From: an uncultured Pseudomonadota bacterium
GTDB lineage: Bacteria; Pseudomonadota; Gammaproteobacteria; Steroidobacterales; Steroidobacteraceae
Assembly: GCA_963716335.1 (NCBI GenBank)
Contig: OY970302.1
Location: 3,655,302-3,719,301 of the forward strand
Direction of reading: 5' to 3'
Length of the DNA stretch: 64,000 nucleotides
Shown here: one piece after another, positions 47,628 through 56,334 of the stretch
Layout: every line of letters begins with the position of its first letter
How positions within the stretch are numbered: the stretch's first letter is position 1
The notes under the pieces: model-generated
Database searches by the model: none
Told to the model about the DNA's origin: nothing
Seen by the model: the letters and a program-made list of their open reading frames with translations, nothing else
Translations under genes and position numbers: made by a program

Positions 47628-48611
47628 ATGAACAATAGCAAAATCGGCTTCATTGGCCTCGGCAACGTCGGCGGCAAGCTCGCCGGTAGCCTCGCCAGAC
47701 ACGGGCTGTCACTCAGCGTGCGCGATCTCGACCCGGTGCTCGAGGAGGGTTTCGTCCGCCAGGGTGCCTCACGGGCCGCGTCCCCGCGTGAAATGGCCGA
47801 GACCTGCGATATCGTCATCACCTGTCTGCCGTCCCCGGTCGCCTCCGCGGCGGTGCTGGAGCAGCCGGACGGCATTCTAGCCGGCTTCTCCCCCGGCAAG
47901 GTCTGGCTGGAAATGAGCACGACCGATGCGGGCGAAATCCGCCGGCTTGGGGCCCTGGTTGCCGCTCGCGGGGCGTTGGCGCTGGACTGCCCGGTCTCGG
48001 GCGGCTGTCATCGGGCCGCCACCGGCAATATATCGATCTTCGCCGGGGGCAGCCGCGAGGCCTTCGAGCGCGTGCTGCCCGTGCTGAAAATTCTCGGGCG
48101 GCGGATTCTGCATACCGGCGCGCTCGGGTCCGCCTCCATCCTGAAGGTGATCACGAACTATCTGTGCACGGTGCATCTGGCGGCGCTCGCCGAGGCGCTG
48201 TCCGTCGCCAAGCTCGCCGGCATGGACATGAACACCACCTATGAGGCAATCCGCATCTCCTCCGGCAACTCGTTCGTGCACGAGACGGAGTCGCAGGTCA
48301 TCCTCAATGGCAGCCGGGACATCAGTTTCACGATGGACCTCGTCATCAAGGATGTCGGACTGTTCGATTCCCTCGCCCGCGCTCTGCACGTTCCCGTCGA
48401 ACTTTCGCCGCTCGTGCTCGAGATCTTCCGGGATGGGCAGCGTCGCTACGGCCCCCGCGAGTTCTCACCCAACATCATCCGGCGTCTGGAGGAGGCCTGC
48501 GGCATCGAGATACTGGGCGAGGGCTTCCCGGCGCAGATGGTGGACGAGGAGCCCGAGGCGCCCGGGTTCGAAGTACGCCCCCGCGCAGCTCGCACGACGA
48601 CAGCTAGCTAA
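47628..48611 (+). CDS. NAD(P)-dependent beta-hydroxyacid dehydrogenase (3-hydroxyisobutyrate/6-phosphogluconate dehydrogenase-like family)
   Basis: MNNSKIGFIGLGNVGGKLAGSL Rossmann motif, ...LDCPVSGG..., ...ILKVITNY... Divergent from the MFS operon with a 62-nt spacer. Confidence 0.85.
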   Translation: MNNSKIGFIGLGNVGGKLAGSLARHGLSLSVRDLDPVLEEGFVRQGASRAASPREMAETCDIVITCLPSPVASAAVLEQPDGILAGFSPGKVWLEMSTTDAGEIRRLGALVAARGALALDCPVSGGCHRAATGNISIFAGGSREAFERVLPVLKILGRRILHTGALGSASILKVITNYLCTVHLAALAEALSVAKLAGMDMNTTYEAIRISSGNSFVHETESQVILNGSRDISFTMDLVIKDVGLFDSLARALHVPVELSPLVLEIFRDGQRRYGPREFSPNIIRRLEEACGIEILGEGFPAQMVDEEPEAPGFEVRPRAARTTTAS

Positions 48612-49043
48612 AGACATCGGCCGGGGGTTGCGCGGCATGGCGCACGGCCTGCATGGCCGCAGCAACGCATCGACTGCTTCCGATCCGGATTATGTTCGAT
48701 CGTGACTTGGCGGCGTGATCGCACATGGGGTTGCCCGCGGGGAGTTGACTTGGACACGCCAGCGCGTTGCTCGCCTGCCAAGCGAGTGTAAATTCATCCG
48801 ACACGAAGCCGCAGAAGTGTGTTCCACCGTGGCGCCGCTCGGACAGCCTCGACGCAAAAAAAAAATAAACACGCGGCAGATGCGCTTTTCCTCTTGCGAT
48901 ATGACATGTGGTTGTGGTCAAGTTCCATCCACAAGTCGTGATCCGACCGCTTGCGCGTAAGACTGGATTGTGCTGCGACTGCAGACCGACAAGATCGCCA
49001 AGGCTGGAACGATCACACAAAAAGTCGAAGGGGAGAGACTCTC

Positions 49044-52000
49044 ATGCTACGCGCCGTTTTCCTGACCGGTTGTATTTCCGTGCTCGGATTGTCCCTTGCG
49101 GACAGCAGCGTGCCGAGCTCGCTGACGCCGCAGCAGGCGCAGCAGATGGCCCAGGGCCAGCAGAGCAAAGTCATCGTGATCATGCGCGATCAGTTGCCGA
49201 ACTCGCCGCCACTGCGCAGCACCATGGCCTCGCGCATCGCCGCCGTCGCCGCCGCACAGGCGCCAATGGCCAGTCAGCTGCTGCACGCGCGTTCCCGTCC
49301 GTTTCACTCCTTCGGCCTGATCAATGCATTTGCCACCAGCGTGTCGGCAAAGGAAGCGGCCTATCTCGCCTCCCATCCGCTGGTGCAGGCAGTGGTCCCC
49401 GATATGACGATCCGTGCGATCCGCCGCTCCAAAGCCCCCGCGAGCAGCACGGGCGTCAGCCAGGCAGTAAGCCCAAGCGACAGTACCTCGGACAACGGCC
49501 TGTGTGGCACGCTCGAGCCCGAGGCCCTGCAACTGACCAACGCCGCTTTCCTGGACAGCTCCATCCCGCAGGCGCAGCAGGTGAGAGACGGCAACGGGCA
49601 GACCGTGACGGGCAGAGGAGTCAAGGTTGCCTACATCGCTGATGGCCTCGATCCAAAGAATCCGGGGTTCATCCGCCCGGACGGGCAAAGCGTTTTCTTC
49701 GATTACCAGAATTTCTCCGGTGATCCGGCCGGCACCCCCACCGCAGGCGGTGAGGCCTTCGGGGATGCCAGCTCCATTGCCGCCCAGGACGATCCAAACG
49801 GGAAGTTGCTGACGTTCGACATCAGCAAGTTCGTCAACCCCGCGCATCCGCTGCCGACTCCCTGCAATATCCACATTCGCGGTATGGCCCCTGGTGCCTC
49901 GCTGGCGGGGCTCGACGTATTCTCCAGTCTCGGGTTTACGACCACCTCCACTTTCGTGCAGGCCATCGAGTGGGCGGTCGTTCACGATAACGTCGACGTC
50001 ATCAACGAGTCATTTGGCGGCAATCCGTTCCCCGACCAGGACAACGATCCGATCTCGCTGGCGGATCATGCCGCCGTGCGTGCTGGCGTCACCGTCGTCG
50101 TCAGCACCGGGGATGCGGGCAGCAATGGGACGCTCGGCTCGCCTTCGACGGACCCCTTCGTCATCTCGGCCGGCGCCAGCACCCAGTTCCGCCTGTATGC
50201 GCAGACCGGTTACGGCGCCCAGGCGCTCGCGAACGGATACCTCAGTAACAACATCTCCTCATTGAGCTCGGGCGGTTTCGCGCAACTTGGTGCACGCACC
50301 GTCGATGTGGTGGCCCCCGGTGATCTGGGCTGGGCGCTATGTTCCACCAACACGACCCTGTTCGCCGATTGCACCGATTTCAAGGGCGCCCCGACACCGG
50401 TACAGGCTTTCGGTGGGACGAGTGAAGCCTCGCCGCTGACTGCCGGCGAGGCGGCACTCGTCATTCAGGCGTACCGCAGCACGCATCGCGGCACCAGTCC
50501 CTCCCCCGCGCTGATCAAACAGATCATCATGAGCACCGCGACCGATCTCGGTGCCCCGGCGGATGAGCAGGGAGCAGGGCTCATCAACGCACTGGCTGCG
50601 GTGAACGCGGCGCTGTCGCTGGACGATGGCTACGGCTCGCCCCAGGGCCGTGGCGACTCGTTTGTTTCGAATCCGACGAGCTCGGACGTCCGCGCGGAAC
50701 CGAACACGCACCAGACGCTTGCCTTCCAGATTACCAACACGGGTGCGCAGGAGCGGCACCTGGCGGCATCGCTGGTGAAGCTGGGCGCACCGATCGCCGG
50801 TGCGACGCTCGATGTCACTCTGAACCCGGCGACGGACCCGACCTTCCTCAACCCAACGGGCGCGCCGCGCTCGTACGTCAAGCGAACGTTCCACGTACCG
50901 GCGAATGCGCAGCATCTCGATGCGGCGATCGCCTGGAAGAATGCGTTCAACGACCCCAACACGCCGATCGTCTATATCGGACTGCTGGATCCGTCGGGGC
51001 GGCAGGCGGCCTACAGCATCCCGCAGGGACTTGGCAGCGGCTACGGGCATGTCGACATCGTCTCGCCGGCGGCCGGTACGTGGACAGCACTCATCTGGAC
51101 GCGTCCGTCCGGAACGGGTAGCTACACGGGGGGTGTGCACTTCACATGGGCGGCAGAGCGCTATGTATCTTTCGGTTCGCTCTCCCCGAGCCATCTGGAT
51201 CTTGCGCCCGGCGCATCGGCTTGGGTGACCGCCCAGTTCGCCATGCCCTCCGAGCCAGGCGACTCCTCTGCTGCCATCCACTTCACGCGACTGAACGATG
51301 ACAGCGGCACCGCGCCCTCGCAGATTCCGATCAGCTTGCGAACGCTCATTCCCGTCAACGGCTCAGGCGCAAACTTCTCCGGCACCGTGAGCGGCGGAAA
51401 TGGGCGTCCTGCGGCAGGGCCCACCCAGACCTTCGAGTTCGACGTGCCGAGCGGACAGAAGAACATGAGCCTCGCGTTCGATCTCGGTGACAAGGGCGAT
51501 CTGCTCGAGGGACTGCTCGTCGATCCGAACGGCATGCAGCTCAGTGTGCAGCCGAACTTCGACGCTAACGGTAATCTCGGGCAGGTTCTGCAGCTTTTCC
51601 GCGAATATCCGCAGTCGGGGCGCTGGAAGTTCGTGCTGCTGCTGAACTTCTCGTATGCGGGCAACGCGACCTCCGTGCCCTTCAATGCGCAGATCCGCTT
51701 CAACACGGCCGACATCTTCGCATCGGGTTTGCCGAACAATCCGAACACGAAGATCTCTGCCAGCGGCGGCGGTCTCACCGCAAAGATCAGTGTGAAGAAC
51801 GGCAGCGCGTTGACTACCGATTACTTTGTTGATGCGCGGCTGCAAGCCGTCGGTGTCCTCGGACTCGCCACGCAACCCTGCTCGGTAAGCTCGACGTTGC
51901 CGGGATTCTGCAGCGCATACTTCCTGCCGACGCAGGTGAGCAGCATCCAGTTCACGGCGCAGTCGACCGCCCCCATCAACATGGATGCGTTCAACGATGT

Positions 52001-52445
52001 GGGCTACAACGTGGGCTTTACGGGTGCTCCGGACCTGTGGGCGACGCAGGTCACCGCGAACACCGTGGTGGCCTCTCTCACGGAACCGGAAATCCCGTAT
52101 GGCCTGTGGATCGTGGAGCCATCACTGGTCGGACCGTACGGTGCGTCGGGCGCACCGACCAAGCCGATCACGACGAGCGCCTTCGCCCTGATGCAGCTGT
52201 TCGACACGACGGTGTCTTCCACCAATGGGGATCTGTGGCAGGACATCACCCTTGGAACGAACACCTTCAAACCTCTGGTGCTCAGTCCGGGGGCGAGCGG
52301 CAGCATCAAGGTAACGATCAAGCCCGATGCGAGCCTGATCGGCCAGACGATCTCGGGCTACCTGTACATCGATACGTTCAATGCGACCGTACAGACGGGT
52401 GACGAAGTCGTGCGGCTGCCCTACACGTATACGGTCACGAAGTAG
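49044..52445 (+). CDS. Large secreted clan SB (S8/S53) serine peptidase with N-terminal propeptide and about 600-aa C-terminal extension
   Basis: Signal MLRAVFLTGCISVLGLSLA; I9-like prodomain (VIVIMRDQ...FGLINAFATSVSAKEAAYLASHPLVQAVVPD); Asp motif GVKVAYIADGLD; INESFGG; Ser motif GGTSEASPLTAGEAAL. SD GAAGGGGAG lies upstream. 1133 aa. Confidence 0.85.
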   Translation: MLRAVFLTGCISVLGLSLADSSVPSSLTPQQAQQMAQGQQSKVIVIMRDQLPNSPPLRSTMASRIAAVAAAQAPMASQLLHARSRPFHSFGLINAFATSVSAKEAAYLASHPLVQAVVPDMTIRAIRRSKAPASSTGVSQAVSPSDSTSDNGLCGTLEPEALQLTNAAFLDSSIPQAQQVRDGNGQTVTGRGVKVAYIADGLDPKNPGFIRPDGQSVFFDYQNFSGDPAGTPTAGGEAFGDASSIAAQDDPNGKLLTFDISKFVNPAHPLPTPCNIHIRGMAPGASLAGLDVFSSLGFTTTSTFVQAIEWAVVHDNVDVINESFGGNPFPDQDNDPISLADHAAVRAGVTVVVSTGDAGSNGTLGSPSTDPFVISAGASTQFRLYAQTGYGAQALANGYLSNNISSLSSGGFAQLGARTVDVVAPGDLGWALCSTNTTLFADCTDFKGAPTPVQAFGGTSEASPLTAGEAALVIQAYRSTHRGTSPSPALIKQIIMSTATDLGAPADEQGAGLINALAAVNAALSLDDGYGSPQGRGDSFVSNPTSSDVRAEPNTHQTLAFQITNTGAQERHLAASLVKLGAPIAGATLDVTLNPATDPTFLNPTGAPRSYVKRTFHVPANAQHLDAAIAWKNAFNDPNTPIVYIGLLDPSGRQAAYSIPQGLGSGYGHVDIVSPAAGTWTALIWTRPSGTGSYTGGVHFTWAAERYVSFGSLSPSHLDLAPGASAWVTAQFAMPSEPGDSSAAIHFTRLNDDSGTAPSQIPISLRTLIPVNGSGANFSGTVSGGNGRPAAGPTQTFEFDVPSGQKNMSLAFDLGDKGDLLEGLLVDPNGMQLSVQPNFDANGNLGQVLQLFREYPQSGRWKFVLLLNFSYAGNATSVPFNAQIRFNTADIFASGLPNNPNTKISASGGGLTAKISVKNGSALTTDYFVDARLQAVGVLGLATQPCSVSSTLPGFCSAYFLPTQVSSIQFTAQSTAPINMDAFNDVGYNVGFTGAPDLWATQVTANTVVASLTEPEIPYGLWIVEPSLVGPYGASGAPTKPITTSAFALMQLFDTTVSSTNGDLWQDITLGTNTFKPLVLSPGASGSIKVTIKPDASLIGQTISGYLYIDTFNATVQTGDEVVRLPYTYTVTK

Positions 52446-52473
52446 GGCGGCGGACCGCAACGCTGCGCCAAAG

Positions 52474-52503
52474 CCTGGCCTGCCGGCAAATCGGCAGGCC
52501 AGG
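52474..52503. terminator. Bidirectional stem-loop terminator between convergent genes
   Basis: 12-bp perfect stem CCTGGCCTGCCG / CGGCAGGCCAGG (52474-52485 and 52492-52503) with loop GCAAAT. Lies between the peptidase stop (52445) and the minus-strand gene stop (52520). No strong U-tract. Confidence 0.55.
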
Positions 52504-52519
52504 GCAGGGTCTGAAGGGG

Positions 52520-53239
52520 TCAATCCGCTCGGATGGTGCGAATCTCTTCGGTGACGAATGGCTGTTGCGGGCTCGTCAACGCAAGCGTGCGGCCTTCGGG
52601 ACTCACGATCCAGCCTCGTCCGCCAAAGATTCCCGCGCCCCGATTGGACGAGAGGCTGAAGGCACCGGCGAGTGCAGCATCATCCGCCGCCATGCGAAGC
52701 CATCGGTCGTGATCCCCCGCCGGTGAGGCACGGGGCGTAATCAGCATCGCCACTCCCTCCTCGCCATAGCATCTTGCCTGCTCGCGGTCCCACAGCTCCA
52801 TACCGACCAGCAGCCCTACCAGCACGTCGCCCACGTGGGCGGGGGTGAATTCCGGCGGCGCGGGCACATACCACACCTGCTCCCAGGCGCCTTGCTCATT
52901 TCTCGCGCAGGAGCTGGTATGCACGGAGCGCAATCCCGTGGCGGCCTCCCAGATGAACGCGGAGCTCACCCGCTCATCACCAAAGGTGAAGGGACCGGTA
53001 GCAACGATCGCCGCGCCGTGCGCCTCTGCCAGGCGGCGCTCCCATTCCCGGTGTGAACTCTCCGCGGCGCTCCAGCGCTGACCGTCGAAATGTCGGCTCG
53101 CGGGCAGCCAGGGACCGAAGGGCATTTCCGGGAGCACCACGAGCTCGCTCGATTCGGCACGCACGTGCCTCACCAGTGCATCCCAGGCGCTCTCGATGTC
53201 ATCCGCCGCATCCGGCCACTCGCAAACCGTCACGCGCAT
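52520..53239 (-). CDS. Carbon-nitrogen hydrolase-like protein
   Basis: MRVTVCEWPD...SELVVLPEMPF...AIVATGP...GLLVGMELWDREQAR...AMLITPRAS...FSLSSNRGAG..GRGWIVSPEG follows the CN-hydrolase fold pattern (LPE glutamate, alternating beta strands). The canonical Lys and Cys could not be located by eye. Confidence 0.5.
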   Translation of the reverse strand: MRVTVCEWPDAADDIESAWDALVRHVRAESSELVVLPEMPFGPWLPASRHFDGQRWSAAESSHREWERRLAEAHGAAIVATGPFTFGDERVSSAFIWEAATGLRSVHTSSCARNEQGAWEQVWYVPAPPEFTPAHVGDVLVGLLVGMELWDREQARCYGEEGVAMLITPRASPAGDHDRWLRMAADDAALAGAFSLSSNRGAGIFGGRGWIVSPEGRTLALTSPQQPFVTEEIRTIRAD

Positions 53240-53383
53240 GTCCTGCTCCTTCCGGTGCCTGCGCACTGCACCAGCTTGCGGCGCAATTCACGTACCAGCT
53301 GCGGCGAGACTTGAACGCAGCCGTTGCGGCGGACGAAAAATCGGTTGCATGCTAAGGTGGCGCACCGGATACGCTCGAGCCAC

Positions 53384-54211
53384 ATGAACGCCCAGCTCAG
53401 CTCGGTCGATCAGATACGCAATACCGCCCTGGACCTGGCGATCCGCTTCGGACCGAAGGTGCTGGTAGCGATCATCATCCTCCTCGTGGGAGGTTGGGTG
53501 AGCGGCTGGGTGAGTCGCCGGCTGGCACAGTCGCTGCTGCGCATCGAGCTCGAACCACCGGTGCGCCAGTTGCTGGCGCGCATCGGCTGGCTGCTCACTT
53601 TCATCCTGTTCGCGATCCTCGCCCTGCAGAACCTGGGCGTGGAGCTGTTGCCACTGATCGCAGGCCTTGGGGTCGCAGGCGCCGGGCTGGCACTCGCCAC
53701 GCAGGGTGTGCTGAGCAATCTCGTGGCCGGTCTGTCCATCATCTTCGCCAAGCCGTTTCGCGTCGGCGAGTACATTTCCATCGTCGGTGAGGAAGGGCGC
53801 GTGGATATCATCACCCTCTTCAGCACCACGCTCACACACACGGACCAGTCGCGGATCGTCATCCCGAATCGCAAGATCGTCGGGGAAATCCTCCACAACT
53901 ACGGACGCATCCGTCAGCTCGATATCCGCGTCGGTGTCGCCTATGACACCGACATGAGTGGCGTGCTGTCGCTGATCGCCGCGATCCTCGCGGAAAATCC
54001 ACGCGTCCTGAAGGAGCCTGCCGCCGTGGTGCAGACCGTGTTACTGAAGGATTCGACGGTGGAGATCGCCGCTCGCCCATGGGTGCTGATCGAGGAATAC
54101 GTCCCGGCGGTAGGCGAGATCAACCGCACCGTGCTGGCAGGTTTGCGCGACAGTGGTATCTCGCTACCGTTTCCCCAGCGCGAGGTTCGCTTGATCGGCG
54201 GCGGCGCCTGA
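53384..54211 (+). CDS. mscS: Small-conductance mechanosensitive channel (MscS family)
   Basis: Three TM helices, then GLALATQGVLSNLVAGLSIIFAKPFRVGEYISIVGEEGRVDIITLFSTTL.T.DQSRIVIPNRKI, the classical MscS pore-helix/beta-domain signature. Confidence 0.9.
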   Translation: MNAQLSSVDQIRNTALDLAIRFGPKVLVAIIILLVGGWVSGWVSRRLAQSLLRIELEPPVRQLLARIGWLLTFILFAILALQNLGVELLPLIAGLGVAGAGLALATQGVLSNLVAGLSIIFAKPFRVGEYISIVGEEGRVDIITLFSTTLTHTDQSRIVIPNRKIVGEILHNYGRIRQLDIRVGVAYDTDMSGVLSLIAAILAENPRVLKEPAAVVQTVLLKDSTVEIAARPWVLIEEYVPAVGEINRTVLAGLRDSGISLPFPQREVRLIGGGA

Positions 54212-54279
54212 GGCGGCTCGCTGCCGATGCGCATCTTCGGACGAGCGCACGTGCCGCGGCGGTTCTCAGCGCAGCCCCG

Positions 54280-54429
54280 TCAGATTTTCGGCGCAGGAGG
54301 CGCGGTGAACTGGGCGAGGTCGGCAAAGCCCAGGTCCTGCTCGATTGCGCCGATCTGCCTGACCGCATCCTCGTAGCCGTCGCGGCCGAATTGCTGCTTC
54401 TCGATCGCCGCCAGGATGTAATCCGTCAC
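54280..54429 (-). CDS. Small ORF not in the supplied track (49-71 aa depending on start)
   Basis: The minus-strand frame is open from 54492 to stop 54282-54280 and reads PLSLYAAYIDVLTAQHNRGREVTDYILAAIEKQQFGRDGYEDAVRQIGAIEQDLGFADLAQFTAPPAPKI, with consistently G/C third positions. The first canonical start is GTG 54429. A CTG lies at 54489, and an ATG (54496) sits in the adjacent frame. Confidence 0.4.
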   Translation of the reverse strand: MTDYILAAIEKQQFGRDGYEDAVRQIGAIEQDLGFADLAQFTAPPAPKI

Positions 54430-54518
54430 CTCGCGACCGCGATTGTGTTGCGCGGTCAGGACATCGATGTAGGCGGCGTATAGGCTCAGTGGTCATCTCG
54501 TGTGCTCGCTGCGAGGCT

Positions 54519-54686
54519 TTATCGCTGCCACGCCGCTTCGTTCTTGCGCTCGTAATCCTGAAAGGCTTTTGCCAGACCACCAAGCACCTCTGCGGAGGTC
54601 TCGAACATGGCCTTGAGCTGTGGCTCATCGACCTTCTCGATATCCTCGCGCAGGTGTTCGATCGTCTCATGCAGTCGATGCCGCAT
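54519..54686 (-). CDS. Small helical hypothetical protein (55 aa)
   Basis: MRHRLHETIEHLREDIEKVDEPQLKAMFETSAEVLGGLAKAFQDYERKNEAAWQR. Good codon bias. Lies directly downstream of the GMC oxidoreductase gene on the same strand. Confidence 0.55.
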   Translation of the reverse strand: MRHRLHETIEHLREDIEKVDEPQLKAMFETSAEVLGGLAKAFQDYERKNEAAWQR

Positions 54687-54717
54687 GTTTCGGGTGTGAT
54701 AGCGCGGATCGCGCCGC

Positions 54718-56286
54718 TCAGGAGCGCAAACGCTGCTTGATCGCGTCCGCCACACGCAAGGCATTCGCGATGATGGTCAATGTTGGATTCACCGCACCGA
54801 TCGACGGGAAGAAACTCGCGTCGGCAACATAAAGATTGTCGAGCTCGTGTGCCTTGCAGTCGAGGTCCAGCACCGAGCTCGTCGGATCGGTACCGAAGCG
54901 CGCGGTTCCGGCCTGGTGAGCCGTGCCGCCGATCGGAATATCCTTGCCCAGGTACAGGCTTCTTTCAAACAGCGTCGGATGCCCATCGCGCGCGCGGACG
55001 AGCTGCTCGAGTTTCGCCCGCAGGCGATGCTGCGCTTCCATGTTGCCTGCCGTGATGTCGAGCACCACCCGCTCGCCGTCATAGTAGATCCGGTTCTGCG
55101 GCCGGGGAAGATCTTCGCTCGACAACCAGAAATTCATCGCGTGGCGCGCCATCACGTCGAACGGCTTCTTCGGCAGCCATTCCAGCCATGTGGGCAACTC
55201 CTCACCGCGGATCTGGGCGCCGGCTGCCGTTGCGCACATCTGGATCAGGCCGAGCGGATAGTCCCAGTCCGGAGCGTTGAAATAGAAGTCGCTCCAGGCG
55301 AGCGTTTTTTGAAAGACGGTGTCGTTCGGTTCGCGCATCAGCGCCATCAGAATCGACTGATTGTGCCGCATGTAGTTACGCCCCAGCTGATCCGAGCCGT
55401 TGGCGAGTCCGCGCGGATGCCGATCATTTGCGGAACGCAGCAACAGCAGTGCGGAGGACAGGGCCCCGCAGGCCACTACGATGATATCGGCGCTGTACCA
55501 TTCGTCGTTGCCGTTGCGCGTCACGCGTACGCCCGTGACGGATCCGCCCGCCGCGTCGGTTTCGAGTTTCGCGGCGTACGCGCCGGTCAGCAACGTCAGA
55601 TTCGGGTGTGCCGCCAGCGCCGGATCGACACAGATCACCTGCGCATCCGCCTTGCCGTTGAGCAGGCACGGGAACCCATCGAAAGCATCGCAGCGGATGC
55701 AGATGCTCGTCGGTGTCGGTTTGCCGTGCTGCTCATCGAGCAGGATGCCCAACGGCAGATGAAACGGATGCAACCCGTCTTTCTGCAGACTGTCGCTGAG
55801 CGCCTGGATCCGCGGCTCGTGCGACACCGGCGGATAGGGGAAGGCACCGCTCGCCCGGGGCTCGGTCGAGTCCTCGCCCCGCAGTCCATGGACGTGGAAG
55901 AGTTTTTCCGCCTCGGCGTAGTAGGGCTCGAATGTATCGTACTTCAACGGCCAGGCGGGCGAGATGCCATCCTTGTGGTGAAGCTGCTCGAAATCGCGCT
56001 CGCGCAGGCGGAGCAGGGCGGCGCCGTACATTTTCGAATTGCCGCCGACGTAATAGTGCAGTCCCGGGCGAAAGGTGCGGCCATCGCGGCCGTACCAGGT
56101 CTCCTTCGCCTGGTAGGCGCCATCCACGAACACCGTCTGCGCATCCCAGTTGGCGCGTGTGCGCGTCAGATAATCGCCCCGTTCGAGCAACAGAATCCGC
56201 TTTCCTGTCGGTGCCAGTCGGTGGGCAACCGAGGCTCCGCCGGGGCCACTGCCGATGACGATGACGTCGTAATGTGCTTCCGGCAT
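54718..56286 (-). CDS. GMC-family FAD-dependent oxidoreductase
   Basis: YDVIVIGSGPGGASVAHRLA (GxGxxG), ...YYVGGNSKMYGAALLRLRE..., and C-terminal GGTAHQAGTARFG...LYVADASFFPSIGAVNPTLTIIANALR. Confidence 0.88.
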   Translation of the reverse strand: MPEAHYDVIVIGSGPGGASVAHRLAPTGKRILLLERGDYLTRTRANWDAQTVFVDGAYQAKETWYGRDGRTFRPGLHYYVGGNSKMYGAALLRLRERDFEQLHHKDGISPAWPLKYDTFEPYYAEAEKLFHVHGLRGEDSTEPRASGAFPYPPVSHEPRIQALSDSLQKDGLHPFHLPLGILLDEQHGKPTPTSICIRCDAFDGFPCLLNGKADAQVICVDPALAAHPNLTLLTGAYAAKLETDAAGGSVTGVRVTRNGNDEWYSADIIVVACGALSSALLLLRSANDRHPRGLANGSDQLGRNYMRHNQSILMALMREPNDTVFQKTLAWSDFYFNAPDWDYPLGLIQMCATAAGAQIRGEELPTWLEWLPKKPFDVMARHAMNFWLSSEDLPRPQNRIYYDGERVVLDITAGNMEAQHRLRAKLEQLVRARDGHPTLFERSLYLGKDIPIGGTAHQAGTARFGTDPTSSVLDLDCKAHELDNLYVADASFFPSIGAVNPTLTIIANALRVADAIKQRLRS

Positions 56287-56334
56287 GACTCACCGCAGCT
56301 GCATCAGCGCTGCCGTCGCGACCATCCCAGCTTC

